DNA from: an uncultured Dehalococcoidales bacterium
GTDB taxonomy: Bacteria; Chloroflexota; Dehalococcoidia; E44-bin15
Length of the DNA: 42,894 bases
Reading direction: 5' to 3'
NCBI GenBank assembly: GCA_964583545.1
Contig: CAZOVW010000003.1
Span: forward strand, 1 to 42,894
Shown: positions 1-9,644 of the stretch, piece by piece
Position numbering within the stretch: the first letter of the stretch is position 1
How the letters are laid out: the number at the start of each line of letters is the position of its first letter
Made by a program: the position numbers and the translations under genes
The notes under the pieces: generated by a model
Told to the model about the DNA's origin: nothing
The model's database searches: none
The model's input: the letters and a program-made list of their open reading frames with translations, nothing else

Positions 1-752
1 GCCAGCAAATAGACATAGAAAGGTAGCCCCAAATCGAAGGCAAAACCCACCATATAAAACAATGCCGCCTCACAGAGCCAGACCAGCGTCGATAAGGCGA
101 ATACAGTGAGGAGCTTACCCGGGCTGCGCATTGTCTGCATTCCTTCGATAAGGCGAATCAGCCACTCCTCGGTCTTTCCCTGCCACCGCTGGGGGAGGAA
201 ATGCAGCACCGCCGCGATCGCCATTCGGGCAAGCCTTGGCGAGGAAACTAGCATGAAGCACAGTGCCAGTGCCCCCACAAATAGCCCAGCCGTGATATAA
301 ACGACCTGTTGGAGCAATCCCTCCAAAGGTGCGAAAAAGGAAATGATCGCCGCAAAGAGGAGGAGTGTCACCCCGTCAAACACCTGCTCCACTACCATGG
401 TGCCCCCGGTGGCCATCTTGCTAATGCCCTCCCTTTCGCCTAGGATGATCGCTCTAGCCACTATGCCCAGGCGGGCGGGCAGGATGTTATTCACCAGCAT
501 GCCGATGATGATCAGCGGGAAGAGGCGAGAGGAGGAGAAGATTCTCAGGGGCTTCAAGAGGTAGCGCCAGCGCACTGCCCGAAAAAAAACGCCCACAAGG
601 TAGACGAGAAGTGCGGGGAGCAGGAATATGTACTTTGCCTCCTCTAGCGCCTGTCCCATCTCGCCGAACTCATCACGGACTTGAAAGATGAAAAGGAACA
701 GGAAGAGGAAGGTAATTCCCAGCCCGATCCAGAAACGGCGACTTTTCAGCAA
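1..752 (-). CDS. Flippase-like / LPG-synthase-TM (UPF0104-type) polytopic membrane protein; C-terminus runs off the window
   Basis: Not in the ORF track because there is no stop in the window. My minus-strand translation starts at TTG 752-750, with GGGGAG 6 nt upstream and in-frame TAA TAG just before it. It reads LLKSRRFWIGLGITFLFLFLFIFQVRDEF..FRAVRWRYLLKPL..LVNNILPARLGIVARAIILGE.. and stays open to position 1. It is multi-TM, and the RWRxLL and LPxRxG motifs match this family as I recall it. Confidence 0.55.
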   Translation of the reverse strand, partial: MLKSRRFWIGLGITFLFLFLFIFQVRDEFGEMGQALEEAKYIFLLPALLVYLVGVFFRAVRWRYLLKPLRIFSSSRLFPLIIIGMLVNNILPARLGIVARAIILGEREGISKMATGGTMVVEQVFDGVTLLLFAAIISFFAPLEGLLQQVVYITAGLFVGALALCFMLVSSPRLARMAIAAVLHFLPQRWQGKTEEWLIRLIEGMQTMRSPGKLLTVFALSTLVWLCEAALFYMVGFAFDLGLPFYVYLL

Positions 753-802
753 TATTCGCTCCCCAAGCGGCTATTATAGAGTAGAGAGGGATAACGGCGC
801 AA

Positions 803-2569
803 TCACGGGGCGCTCTCGGAGAAGTAGACGATGCCCTCCGAGGTCCAGTAGGGACCCAAGGTCTCTCGATGCAGGAAATAACCCCACCACCACCCCAGGT
901 CGAAATCCCGATATTCCTCGGGAAACCATATTAGCAGCTTGATTCTTTCTCCCTCATCATACTGTTCTAAGTAGCTCTCGTCAGCGGGTTCGTGGTCTGC
1001 GCTGAGGATAAGCACCGAGCCTTTAGGTTGGTCGATGGAATAATCAACATTTTTATAATCCCTGAGATACCAACGCCAGAGCCAGTAAAGATCGTTATCG
1101 AGGGTGATGGCTATCTCCTTTCCCTCTCCCGTTTCCTCAGCCAGCTCCTCGATCTGATCCATGATCCGGGGTACATCAGAGGACATCCCGGCATAGAGAA
1201 GCATCTGGGGAGGCTCATCGCCCTCTTGGTAGCTTTCCTGGCAGGCGATGTACACTGTAGAGGAGAAGAGAAAGAGCAAGACAAGCACGGTGCTTACTTG
1301 AGCGATCCTGGGCTTAACCCACCGCCACTCGAGTCCCTGCAACAGCCGACCGATGAACACCCCGCCGAGGAGAATCACAGGGAGAGCGATGTGAAGGGAG
1401 AGCCAGGGCATCTTCTCCCCCGAAAAGGAGTAGAGGAGTAAGCTGACTACAACCCAGTAGACCAGAAAACGGGAAAAGAGGTTCCCCTTTATCGCGTAGT
1501 AGACGGCGCCAACAAAGGCGAAGAGCAGGGGCAGAAACTCATAGATGGGCAGAAGCATTATATAGTAGAACCAGGGTTGTCCCCCTCTTGCTACCTCTTG
1601 CTGTTCGATCCAGTAATCGACGGTGCCCCAGATGCCACTTACGAAGCCTCCCGGGTTAGTGAAGAAGGACGTGTAGAGGAGGGTAAAGATACCATAGAAA
1701 ATGATGGCCGAAATCAGTAAGCGGCGCCAGTTCCAGAGAATCCCAACGACGGCACAAATGGCGAACACTATGCAGACCCCGGACAGGAGGAGCACAATAA
1801 GCACCTTCTCCAACCCGGAGTCCAGGTTAGTATATGCTGCCCACCAGAGCGCACCAAATAAAGGCAGCGATAGCGTCCCGATCATGATCAGAAATTCAGC
1901 GGGAGCGGATAACTCTTTCAGGTCCAGCCTCTTTCTGAGCCTGCTTACCAACTCCCAAGCGGCTACGATGAGGAGGAAGAGGGCGATGATGGCTACGGTG
2001 ATGTAGCTCACCTCTTTGGTGCAGAAGCTGAGGCTCAAAGCAGCAGCGCCAATGTAGAGGTATCTTGCCTTCCTCTCCTCGAAATAGCGCCACATGCAGA
2101 TGACTATAAGGAGGCTCCAGAAGACGATATAGATGTCGTTTCGGGCGTAGCGACTGTAGTAGAGGAGCAGGGGGGAGAAGGCCAGGAGAGTTGCTACCGC
2201 AAGGCTTCCCCAGCGACCAAGCTGGCGGCGCAGAAAATATGGAAGCACTACTAATGCAGTGCCGAAGATGGCGGGGAGCAGGCGTGCCGTGAAGTCGCTG
2301 TCCCCGAAGAGGAAGAAAATTAGGGCGGTGCCATCAAACTGGAAGGGGCCATGCATCATGGGCATATGTTGATAGCCTTGCCCTTGGGCAAAATGCCAGC
2401 TGTAAAAGACATGAAGGACCTCATCATAGTGGAAGGCGCGAGCGCCCAGCTCCCAGAGGCGCATCACCAGGGCGATAAGAGCGAGCAATATATAGAAGGC
2501 GATCTCCCAGCTAAAGCAGGAGCACAGACGACTAGCCTGTGATAGGAAAACATTCCTAGCCTGCTCCAC
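803..2569 (-). CDS. GT-C fold membrane glycosyltransferase-family protein (PMT/ArnT-like; TIGR03663 / Agl23-like)
   Basis: 588 aa and highly hydrophobic. The N-terminus reads LVMRLWELGARAFHYDEVLH..MMHGPFQF, typical of the TIGR03663 family from memory, and there is a soluble acidic C-terminal domain. The GTG start overlaps the upstream stop (TAGTG) and has AGGGAGGAA just upstream. Confidence 0.65.
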   Translation of the reverse strand: MEQARNVFLSQASRLCSCFSWEIAFYILLALIALVMRLWELGARAFHYDEVLHVFYSWHFAQGQGYQHMPMMHGPFQFDGTALIFFLFGDSDFTARLLPAIFGTALVVLPYFLRRQLGRWGSLAVATLLAFSPLLLYYSRYARNDIYIVFWSLLIVICMWRYFEERKARYLYIGAAALSLSFCTKEVSYITVAIIALFLLIVAAWELVSRLRKRLDLKELSAPAEFLIMIGTLSLPLFGALWWAAYTNLDSGLEKVLIVLLLSGVCIVFAICAVVGILWNWRRLLISAIIFYGIFTLLYTSFFTNPGGFVSGIWGTVDYWIEQQEVARGGQPWFYYIMLLPIYEFLPLLFAFVGAVYYAIKGNLFSRFLVYWVVVSLLLYSFSGEKMPWLSLHIALPVILLGGVFIGRLLQGLEWRWVKPRIAQVSTVLVLLFLFSSTVYIACQESYQEGDEPPQMLLYAGMSSDVPRIMDQIEELAEETGEGKEIAITLDNDLYWLWRWYLRDYKNVDYSIDQPKGSVLILSADHEPADESYLEQYDEGERIKLLIWFPEEYRDFDLGWWWGYFLHRETLGPYWTSEGIVYFSESAP

Positions 2570-4923
2570 TATTCCTCCCTCACTCCGTAGACGGTCACCC
2601 CCTCATTCTCAAAGACCACATCCATAAAATCGGCGAAATTCTCCCCCACCTCATCCCCATACTGTTCCCTCTCCAGATACCCTACATAGACATAGGTGAC
2701 ATCGTACTTCTCCAGCAGCTCTTGCACTCGGCTTATGTCCTCGCTCTCATAGATGAGGTTGATGTCCTGCTCCCTGCCTTGGAATAGGGCGTCAGAGCCA
2801 TGCCACTGTAGCTCATGCCCTGGGCATCCCAAGATGGTAGGCAGTCCGGTGCGAGCCGAAATCCGGTAGTAATCGGTGAAGTAACCCCCAGTGGCCTCCA
2901 CAATCACCGGTGCCCCATCCACCTCACTGTTCAACCACGCTATCGCCTCATACTCTGAGGGGTTTGACCGCTGTACGAAGGCCAGGCCATCGAGTGTTGG
3001 CTCGCCTACATCGCCGCTGAAGCCATTGGTAAAGGTGATGGTAGCGGCGATGGGGAAGACGCAAGAACCAGCGATCAATAAGATACACACCACCCACCAG
3101 AAGGTTGCGGCCAATTTTCGGGGGATGGTCGCTGGCTGCCAGCGCGATGCCATCCAGTAGAGGCCGAAAGAGGAGGCAATGGCCATGAAGACCCACACCT
3201 GATAATAGAGCTTGAACATGGTGTTCATGCGCCAGGGGAAGAAGAGGTCTCGAACGAAGAAAAGCTCGCAGCCCGTGAGAATCAGGAAGCCGGTAAACAG
3301 GAGCACCAATACAAAGAGGTGAGCCCTCCGGCCCTCATTCTCTAGTTTCCCGATGGCTTGCGACTTTTTGATAATAATCAGCAGGATAAGGGAGAGAATT
3401 AATAGTAATGGCAGCAAATGCCCAAACTTTTCCAGGATAAAGAGAGTCCCAGCGCCTTCTACCAGCTCGGCAACTATCCAAATTGCCAGCGGAAAGAGAG
3501 GAATCAAAATAACCCCGATGATCACCTGCCGGGAGAGATTTCTCTTCCTCAATACGTCCCAGGCGTGAGCCAAAACAAAGGAGATGGTCACGAAGAGAAA
3601 AAGTCCCCAGAAAATGAAGAAGTGAAAGGGCTGGGTATCTATATTGTCAACGAGGGCGAAGCCTTTAACCTGGCTTTGTAGCCCGAGATAGAAGGGTAGG
3701 TAGAATATTAGGGCACAGGCAAGTAGGGCGACGCAGAACATGCTCACATCCCTCAATAATCGGAGGTCTATCTTTCCTCGCGCTAGGTATGCCCCTATTA
3801 GTGCCACAAGGGCGAATAGAAAGATGTAGGTGGGGAGGTCCCAGGTATTGATGAAGCCCAGCGCCCCAAAGCAGATGGCGAAGACTAAAAACTTTGGCCA
3901 GTTCCTCCTCAGCCAGGCCAAACCAACGAAAGCCGAGGAGTTCAGTATCTCCAGGCAAAAGCCCAAATTGAGCAATACAAAAGGTAGCGCCATGAGGTGG
4001 GGGTGGAGATCGGCGAAGAGAAAGCTGAAGGCAGGGAACTCCGTTATGGTGTAGTCCAAGCTGGCGCCGCCCACTACGGTATCGATCACCCTGGTGGAGC
4101 GCCACCACCACCAAAAGTCTGTGGGATACCAATGCACACTGTTATAGGGTTGATCTAACCCTTTGATGCCTACCCAGCCCCAAAAGCCTTCAGAGCCGAA
4201 GCCATGGGCATGTAATAGCTCCAGTACCCCCACAAGGTTGCCCAGGATCAGCAAGAATCCTACTGCCACCAGACCAAAGCCGATCGCCGCTCGATTCCCT
4301 CCCTTCATCAGCCTAACTAGGTTATAGACGATGCTGAAGGCACCGATGGCAGCCAGGGCGAAGATCAGGGCCACGGAAAGATTGAAGGTAATCGCCGATG
4401 ATATGCCAGTAAGCTTGGTCAGGGTGGCCATCATCAGGTAGCCAAAGTAGTAGTAGCTGATGGAATATCCGCTTAGCCAGGGGTCGTGGGGAGGGAAGTA
4501 TTCGCTTCTGAGGATGCCATTGAGGAAGGCGAAGTCCATGGGCTTCTCGCCGAAAAGTATCTCTGGGTTATAGGCGCGCACCACCGCCCAGAGGACAAAG
4601 GCGAGGAGGAATATAGCTTCTGTGATGATGATAACGTTGCGGTTCTCAGAGATGAAGCTGACTATTTGGTGACGGCGGCGTATGAGGAGAAAAAGGGAGC
4701 CCACGGCAAGCAGGGCGATGATCAGAATGATGGCCCATCGGGTGTTGGGCAGGATGTGAGCGGAGGCGGCAAGCCAGAGAAAGAAGGAGATGATAAGGAT
4801 AGAAAGCGCCTTGCCGAAGGCATATCCCCTATCGGGCAGGCTCTTGAAGAGGACGAAGGTGACAGGCAGGGCGATGAGGCTTAAAAGCTCTACCGTGATA
4901 AACCAGACAAATGCATCGGTCAA
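2569..4923 (-). CDS. DUF2298 / Chlor_Arch_YYY-domain polytopic membrane protein
   Basis: 784 aa with more than 15 predicted TM segments. It carries a literal YYY motif (SGYSISYYYFGYLMMATL) and a C-terminal soluble domain. This family is usually paired with TIGR03663 in Chloroflexi and Archaea (from memory). Confidence 0.65.
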   Translation of the reverse strand: MTDAFVWFITVELLSLIALPVTFVLFKSLPDRGYAFGKALSILIISFFLWLAASAHILPNTRWAIILIIALLAVGSLFLLIRRRHQIVSFISENRNVIIITEAIFLLAFVLWAVVRAYNPEILFGEKPMDFAFLNGILRSEYFPPHDPWLSGYSISYYYFGYLMMATLTKLTGISSAITFNLSVALIFALAAIGAFSIVYNLVRLMKGGNRAAIGFGLVAVGFLLILGNLVGVLELLHAHGFGSEGFWGWVGIKGLDQPYNSVHWYPTDFWWWWRSTRVIDTVVGGASLDYTITEFPAFSFLFADLHPHLMALPFVLLNLGFCLEILNSSAFVGLAWLRRNWPKFLVFAICFGALGFINTWDLPTYIFLFALVALIGAYLARGKIDLRLLRDVSMFCVALLACALIFYLPFYLGLQSQVKGFALVDNIDTQPFHFFIFWGLFLFVTISFVLAHAWDVLRKRNLSRQVIIGVILIPLFPLAIWIVAELVEGAGTLFILEKFGHLLPLLLILSLILLIIIKKSQAIGKLENEGRRAHLFVLVLLFTGFLILTGCELFFVRDLFFPWRMNTMFKLYYQVWVFMAIASSFGLYWMASRWQPATIPRKLAATFWWVVCILLIAGSCVFPIAATITFTNGFSGDVGEPTLDGLAFVQRSNPSEYEAIAWLNSEVDGAPVIVEATGGYFTDYYRISARTGLPTILGCPGHELQWHGSDALFQGREQDINLIYESEDISRVQELLEKYDVTYVYVGYLEREQYGDEVGENFADFMDVVFENEGVTVYGVREE

Positions 4924-5828
4924 GAGGATAGCGCCTCAACGAAGGTTTGGGCATCGAAGGGAGCGAGATCGTCCAGGGCTTCACCGGTGCCAACGAAGAG
5001 GATGGGTATCTTTAGCTCATCGCAGATCGCAAGTACAATCCCCCCTTTGGCGGTGCCATCGAGCTTTGCCAAAAAGACCCCGGTAACGCTCACTGCATCG
5101 GTGAAGTATCGGGCCTGCGCCAGGCCGTTCTGCCCGGTGGTGGCATCAAGGACCAGAAGCACCTCATGGGGCGCTTGAGGATCGCTTCTTGAGACCACCC
5201 GCTTGATCTTCTTGAGCTCCTCCATCAGGTTGAACTTGGTGTGGAGTCGCCCCGCCGTGTCGATGATCACCACATCGACATGGCGAGCCCTTGCCGCCTC
5301 CAGGCTATCGAAGACCACTGCCCCGGGGTCGGCACCAGGCTGATGGCAGATAACCTCGGCCCCCACGCGCTGCCCCAATATCCTTAGCTGGTCGATGGCC
5401 GCTGCCCTGAAGGTATCGGCGGCCGCCATGATCACCCTCTTCCCTTGCGCCATGAAGGAGTGGGCGAGCTTCGCAATCGAGAGGGTCTTTCCTGTCCCAT
5501 TCACCCCGACTACCAAGATCACCCGCGGTCTCGAGGAAGCGAGGGCTTCTCGGGGGGTGTCCACCCTTAGCATCGTCACCATCTCCTCCTTCAAGGCAGA
5601 GCATATCTGGGGACCCTCCTTAAGCCTCTCGCTGCCTGCCCTCTCTTTTACCCGTTCGATGAGCTTAGCGGTGGTGTTAACTCCCACATCGGCGGAGATC
5701 AAAAGCTCCTCAAGCTCGTCCCATAGCGCCTCCTCCACAGCGGCGCGATCGAAGAGATGCACCACCCTCGTGAACCACCCCTCCCTGGCGCGCTTTAGCC
5801 CTTTTTCGAACTTTTCGCTCTTATTCAC
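4920..5828 (-). CDS. ftsY: Signal recognition particle receptor FtsY (NG domain only)
   Basis: 302 aa with the SRP-GTPase motifs GVNGTGKTLSIAKLA, DTAGRL and AKLDGTAKGG. It overlaps the downstream gene by 4 nt. Confidence 0.9.
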   Translation of the reverse strand: MNKSEKFEKGLKRAREGWFTRVVHLFDRAAVEEALWDELEELLISADVGVNTTAKLIERVKERAGSERLKEGPQICSALKEEMVTMLRVDTPREALASSRPRVILVVGVNGTGKTLSIAKLAHSFMAQGKRVIMAAADTFRAAAIDQLRILGQRVGAEVICHQPGADPGAVVFDSLEAARARHVDVVIIDTAGRLHTKFNLMEELKKIKRVVSRSDPQAPHEVLLVLDATTGQNGLAQARYFTDAVSVTGVFLAKLDGTAKGGIVLAICDELKIPILFVGTGEALDDLAPFDAQTFVEALSS

Positions 5829-6104
5829 AGCTTTAAACTACACTAAAGGATTGCTCATAATAACATGGTAGCAAAAGGGGGTCAACGAGCACCGGATGCA
5901 GCGAACCGTTGGAGGTTTTTCTTGTTATATTCACGCTAGCAAGCGTGACCTTGGTGGAGCTTATGGGAGGTAATTGCCGCTAGTCATCTGCCCTTACTTC
6001 GCTTCCATGCTCTACTGTTTTGACGTTACAGGTATTAGTGCGGTAAACTTGTTATGGACGATTAGTATGACCAAATTGTATTGCTCCTTTGTAAGGAGAG
6101 AAAG

Positions 6105-6347
6105 ATGTCTCGGGTTCTAAAGCTGACGATTAGTTTACCACGAAATCTAATTTGCTTCGCTGACATACTGGCCAAAGAGAGAAATACCGGCCGTAGCGGA
6201 GCTATTGCGAGTGTTTTGCAAGAGTTGGCTGATGAGCGAGAGCGTGCCGCGATGATTGAAGGTTATAAGGCGATGTCTGAGCAAAATCGTGAGTTTGCTA
6301 CTATGACTTTGCCTCTGGCTAAAGAGGTATTACCTGAATGGAAATAG
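6105..6347 (+). CDS. Ribbon-helix-helix (CopG/MazE-like) antitoxin
   Basis: The ORF track starts at TTG 6081. ATG 6105 is preceded by AAGGAGAG, so I prefer it. The protein is small, and the N-terminal stretch KLTISLPRNLICFADILAKE looks like an RHH beta strand plus helix. It lies 6 nt upstream of a MazF-family gene. Confidence 0.65.
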   Translation: MSRVLKLTISLPRNLICFADILAKERNTGRSGAIASVLQELADERERAAMIEGYKAMSEQNREFATMTLPLAKEVLPEWK

Positions 6348-6353
6348 CCGATT

Positions 6354-6692
6354 GTGATTAAGCGTGGCGAGATATATTGGGTAGACTGGAGCCCAGGGAG
6401 AGGGAGCGAGCAAAGCGGGTTAAGGCCCGCTCTTGTTATTCAAAATGACTTGGGAAATCAGTATAGCCCAACTACAATTGTTGCTGCTATTACGACAGCT
6501 CCTACCAAACAGTATCCTTTTATCGTTCTAATTACAGCCTCAGAAAGTGGCCTGCCTAGGGATAGCAGTGTCAACCTTTCAGCGATAATGACGATAGATC
6601 AAGCACGGCTCCGTGACAAATGCGGTGAACTGAGCCAGACGAAGATGGCTGAGGTGGATAATGCTATCAAGAAAAGCCTAGGACTAGACTAG
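6354..6692 (+). CDS. mazF: MazF/PemK-family endoribonuclease toxin
   Basis: 112 aa. The stretch RGEIYWVDWSPGRGSEQSGLRPALVIQND..TIVAAITT is the classic PemK/MazF N-terminal signature. GTG start. Confidence 0.85.
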   Translation: MIKRGEIYWVDWSPGRGSEQSGLRPALVIQNDLGNQYSPTTIVAAITTAPTKQYPFIVLITASESGLPRDSSVNLSAIMTIDQARLRDKCGELSQTKMAEVDNAIKKSLGLD

Positions 6693-6709
6693 TCAAAGGT
6701 CTCGCAGGT

Positions 6710-7576
6710 TTATTTCGTCTCACGCTCCGCTAGCTCCCTGTAGGCTGCCATTAGCCTTTTGGTCACCTCCCCAGGCTTCCCCAGGCCAATGGGCTTGCCA
6801 TCCACCTCCGTGATCGGCATGACCTCAATTACTGAGTTGGTCAGGAAGGCCTCTTCAGCGCTGAGGAGGTTGGCTGAGGGGATCTCCCCCACTGCCGCCG
6901 CTATGCCCAAACCATGCGCCAGCTCCACAACTACCTCTCTAGTGACCCCGGGCAGGATGCCGCTCTCCTCTGAGGGTGTAAGGAGCCGTCCCTCAACAAC
7001 CAGAAAGATATTGCTGGTGCTGCACTCGGCAACAAAGCCCCGCTCGTTGAGCAGGATAGCCTCGTCTGCTCCGGCGGCAATGGCTTCGGAGTGAGCGAGC
7101 AGGTTGTTCAGATAACTTATTGACTTGATTCGAGATAGTGGTGACTGGCTGTTTCGCCTCGCGCTCACTATGGCAGCGCGGAGGCCCTCCTCATAAGCCT
7201 GGGGTGGTGGGAGGACAAGCTTTTCGGCAACAACCATGATGGTGAGCGTGCCTGATGTTGGGGGCGCCAGTTCCCGCTTCCCCTCCCCTGCTGAAATGGT
7301 GAGCCTGATGCGGGCGTCGGGGAGCTTATTAGCCTCCAGAGTCTTATATATAGCCTGTTCCAGCTCTACTGGGTCTAACGCCGCGGCGAGGCTAAGTTTT
7401 TCGGCGGAGCGCATCAGCCGGGCCAAATGTCTGTCGAGGCGGAAAACCCGTCCCCCATAGGAGCGCATCGTCTCAAAGAGACCGTAGCCGTAGAGGATGC
7501 CACGGTCGAAGGGCGAGATCCTGGCCTCCCCTCGTGCCACCAACACCCCATTGAGGTAGACAAGCTCTTCCATCAC
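6710..7576 (-). CDS. pabC: Class IV aminotransferase fold; aminodeoxychorismate lyase by context
   Basis: 288 aa. Motifs RGILYGYGLFETMR, ECSTSNIF and GILPGVTR are fold-type IV PLP enzyme motifs. It abuts pabA with no gap (7576/7577). Confidence 0.7.
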   Translation of the reverse strand: MMEELVYLNGVLVARGEARISPFDRGILYGYGLFETMRSYGGRVFRLDRHLARLMRSAEKLSLAAALDPVELEQAIYKTLEANKLPDARIRLTISAGEGKRELAPPTSGTLTIMVVAEKLVLPPPQAYEEGLRAAIVSARRNSQSPLSRIKSISYLNNLLAHSEAIAAGADEAILLNERGFVAECSTSNIFLVVEGRLLTPSEESGILPGVTREVVVELAHGLGIAAAVGEIPSANLLSAEEAFLTNSVIEVMPITEVDGKPIGLGKPGEVTKRLMAAYRELAERETK

Positions 7577-8164
7577 TTACCCTCTTTCACCCCAAAGCGG
7601 GTGTGAGAAGTTCAAAAACCTCCTCAAGATGTCGTGGCCCACCCCGGTGAGGATTGATTCAGGGTGAAACTGAACCCCTTCAACCACGAACCTCTCATGG
7701 CGCACTCCCATAATCTCTCCCTCCTCGCTTGTGGCCGAGACCTTGAGGCTATGGGGCAGGGTTCCCGGCTTGATCGCCAGGGAGTGATAGCGCCCCGCCT
7801 CGAAGGGGCTGGTGAGACCTTCGTAGATTGTCTGCCCATCGTGGTGAATCAGGGAGGTCTTGCCATGCATGGGCATCGTGCGCACGATCAATCCACCATA
7901 GACATATCCGATACATTGATGCCCCAGGCAGACCCCTAAAACAGGAACCTTACCAGCGAAGCGGCGCACCACATCGTTGGAGATCCCGGCATCCAGGGGG
8001 GTGCCCGGCCCTGGTGAGATCACGATGTGAGAGGGGGCCAGCGCCTCGATCTCCTCCAAGGTGATCTGGTCATGGCGATAGACGACAGGTTCTCCCCCCA
8101 GCTCACCGATATACTGAGCCAGGTTATAGACAAAGGAGTCATAGTTATCGATGATGAGGATCAC
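7577..8164 (-). CDS. pabA: Glutamine amidotransferase component II (PabA/TrpG type)
   Basis: 195 aa. It reads MILIIDNYDSFVYNLAQY, has GVCLGHQ with the catalytic Cys, and GVQFHPES. Confidence 0.85.
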   Translation of the reverse strand: MILIIDNYDSFVYNLAQYIGELGGEPVVYRHDQITLEEIEALAPSHIVISPGPGTPLDAGISNDVVRRFAGKVPVLGVCLGHQCIGYVYGGLIVRTMPMHGKTSLIHHDGQTIYEGLTSPFEAGRYHSLAIKPGTLPHSLKVSATSEEGEIMGVRHERFVVEGVQFHPESILTGVGHDILRRFLNFSHPLWGERG

Positions 8165-9618
8165 CGAGCCTCCGCAAAGTACGAAATTTCCAGTGCCTCG
8201 ATCAGGGCCCTGGCCTTGTCCAGGGTCTCCTGATACTCTGCCTCGGGGTCGGAGTCGTATACGATTCCTCCGCCTACCTGGAAATATGCTTTCCCGTCCT
8301 TGATGATGAAGGTGCGGATCACGATGTTGATGTCCATCCCGCCATCAAAGCTCAGGTAGCCCAGGGAGCCGGTATAGATGCTCCTCCTCGTGGGCTCCAG
8401 CTCATCGATGATCTCCATAGCGCGCACCTTGGGGGCACCGGTGATCGAGCCGCCGGGGAAGGTCGCCTTCAGCAGGTCGATGCGGTTCTTCCCCTCGCGC
8501 AGCCTCCCTTCCACAGTGGAGGTGAGTTGAAATACGGTGGCATATCTCTCCAGTGTCCAGAGCTCCCTCACCCTTACTGTCCCATAGCGGCAGACCCTTC
8601 CCAGGTCGTTTCGCTCCAGGTCAACGATCATCACATTCTCGGCGCGGTCCTTAACGCTCTGGAGAAGCTCCCTGGCGAGGTCATCATCCTCCGCCGCCGA
8701 TTCCCCCCGGGGGCGGGTTCCCTTCATTGGGCGCGTCTCCACCAGGTCCCCCTCAAGGTGGAGGAATCTCTCCGGGGAGGCGCTCGCCACGGCGACATCG
8801 TCAAAGTTGAGGTAGCAGGCGAAGGGGGCAGGATTGATGAGGCGCAGCCTCCTGTAAAGCTCGTAGGGGGCGATGTGCAGGGCCACCTCAAATCGCTGGG
8901 ATAGGTTGACCTGAAAGATGTCGCCGCTCGCGATGTATTCCCTGACGGCATCCACCGCCTTAACATACTCTTCACGGGTAAAGTTGGCCCGTAATTTTGA
9001 ACTTTCCGTGGCGGGGATTACTTTAGGATGTGGATTCTCTTTAAGTTGGGGTGTTTCTGATAGCGTAGCCTGTAGCTCCGCGATACGCTCTTGGGCCCGC
9101 TTCTTTCTGCTCGCCTCCTCCATCTCGGGAAACCCGGTGGCGGCGATGTAAGTCCTCCCCTCCATGTGGTCGAAGGCGATGACGGCATCGTAGAAGGCGA
9201 AATAGCACTCGGGGAGCTTTAGGTCATCGATGGTGGTTGCGGGCAGGCGCTCGATGAAGTGGCACAGGTCGTAGCTGAGATAGCCCACGGCCCCCCCGAT
9301 GAGGGGGATGGGGGAGGGGGATGGGTTGAGGGCATATTTTTCGAGCATCTGCCCTAATACATCGAAGGGGTTACCTATGACTGTTTCTTCCTTGTCCTTG
9401 TAGAGGAGGGTAATCTCCCTGCCGCGACTTTTAAGAACGAAAAATGGGTTGCTGCCGATGAAGGAGTAGCGACCCAGCTTCTCGGGGTTCATTCCGCTAT
9501 CGAGGAAGAAGCTTAAGGGTCGATCCTTAAATATTTCAAAGGCCTGAGGGGCGGTCAGGGAGCTCGAAACCTCTTCGATCGATGGATGGCGCTCTGTGCA
9601 GCTCTCGATAGGCACCAC
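8161..9618 (-). CDS. pabB: Aminodeoxychorismate synthase component I (chorismate-binding enzyme)
   Basis: 485 aa. Motifs SPERFL, PMKGTRPRG, GGSITGAPK and GGGIVYDSDPEAEYQET define the chorismate-utilising family. I chose Pab over Trp because of the linked class IV lyase. It overlaps pabA by 4 nt. Confidence 0.8.
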   Translation of the reverse strand: MVPIESCTERHPSIEEVSSSLTAPQAFEIFKDRPLSFFLDSGMNPEKLGRYSFIGSNPFFVLKSRGREITLLYKDKEETVIGNPFDVLGQMLEKYALNPSPSPIPLIGGAVGYLSYDLCHFIERLPATTIDDLKLPECYFAFYDAVIAFDHMEGRTYIAATGFPEMEEASRKKRAQERIAELQATLSETPQLKENPHPKVIPATESSKLRANFTREEYVKAVDAVREYIASGDIFQVNLSQRFEVALHIAPYELYRRLRLINPAPFACYLNFDDVAVASASPERFLHLEGDLVETRPMKGTRPRGESAAEDDDLARELLQSVKDRAENVMIVDLERNDLGRVCRYGTVRVRELWTLERYATVFQLTSTVEGRLREGKNRIDLLKATFPGGSITGAPKVRAMEIIDELEPTRRSIYTGSLGYLSFDGGMDINIVIRTFIIKDGKAYFQVGGGIVYDSDPEAEYQETLDKARALIEALEISYFAEAR

Positions 9619-9644
9619 GAATCCTTCTTGCGACCTTCGCCCTA

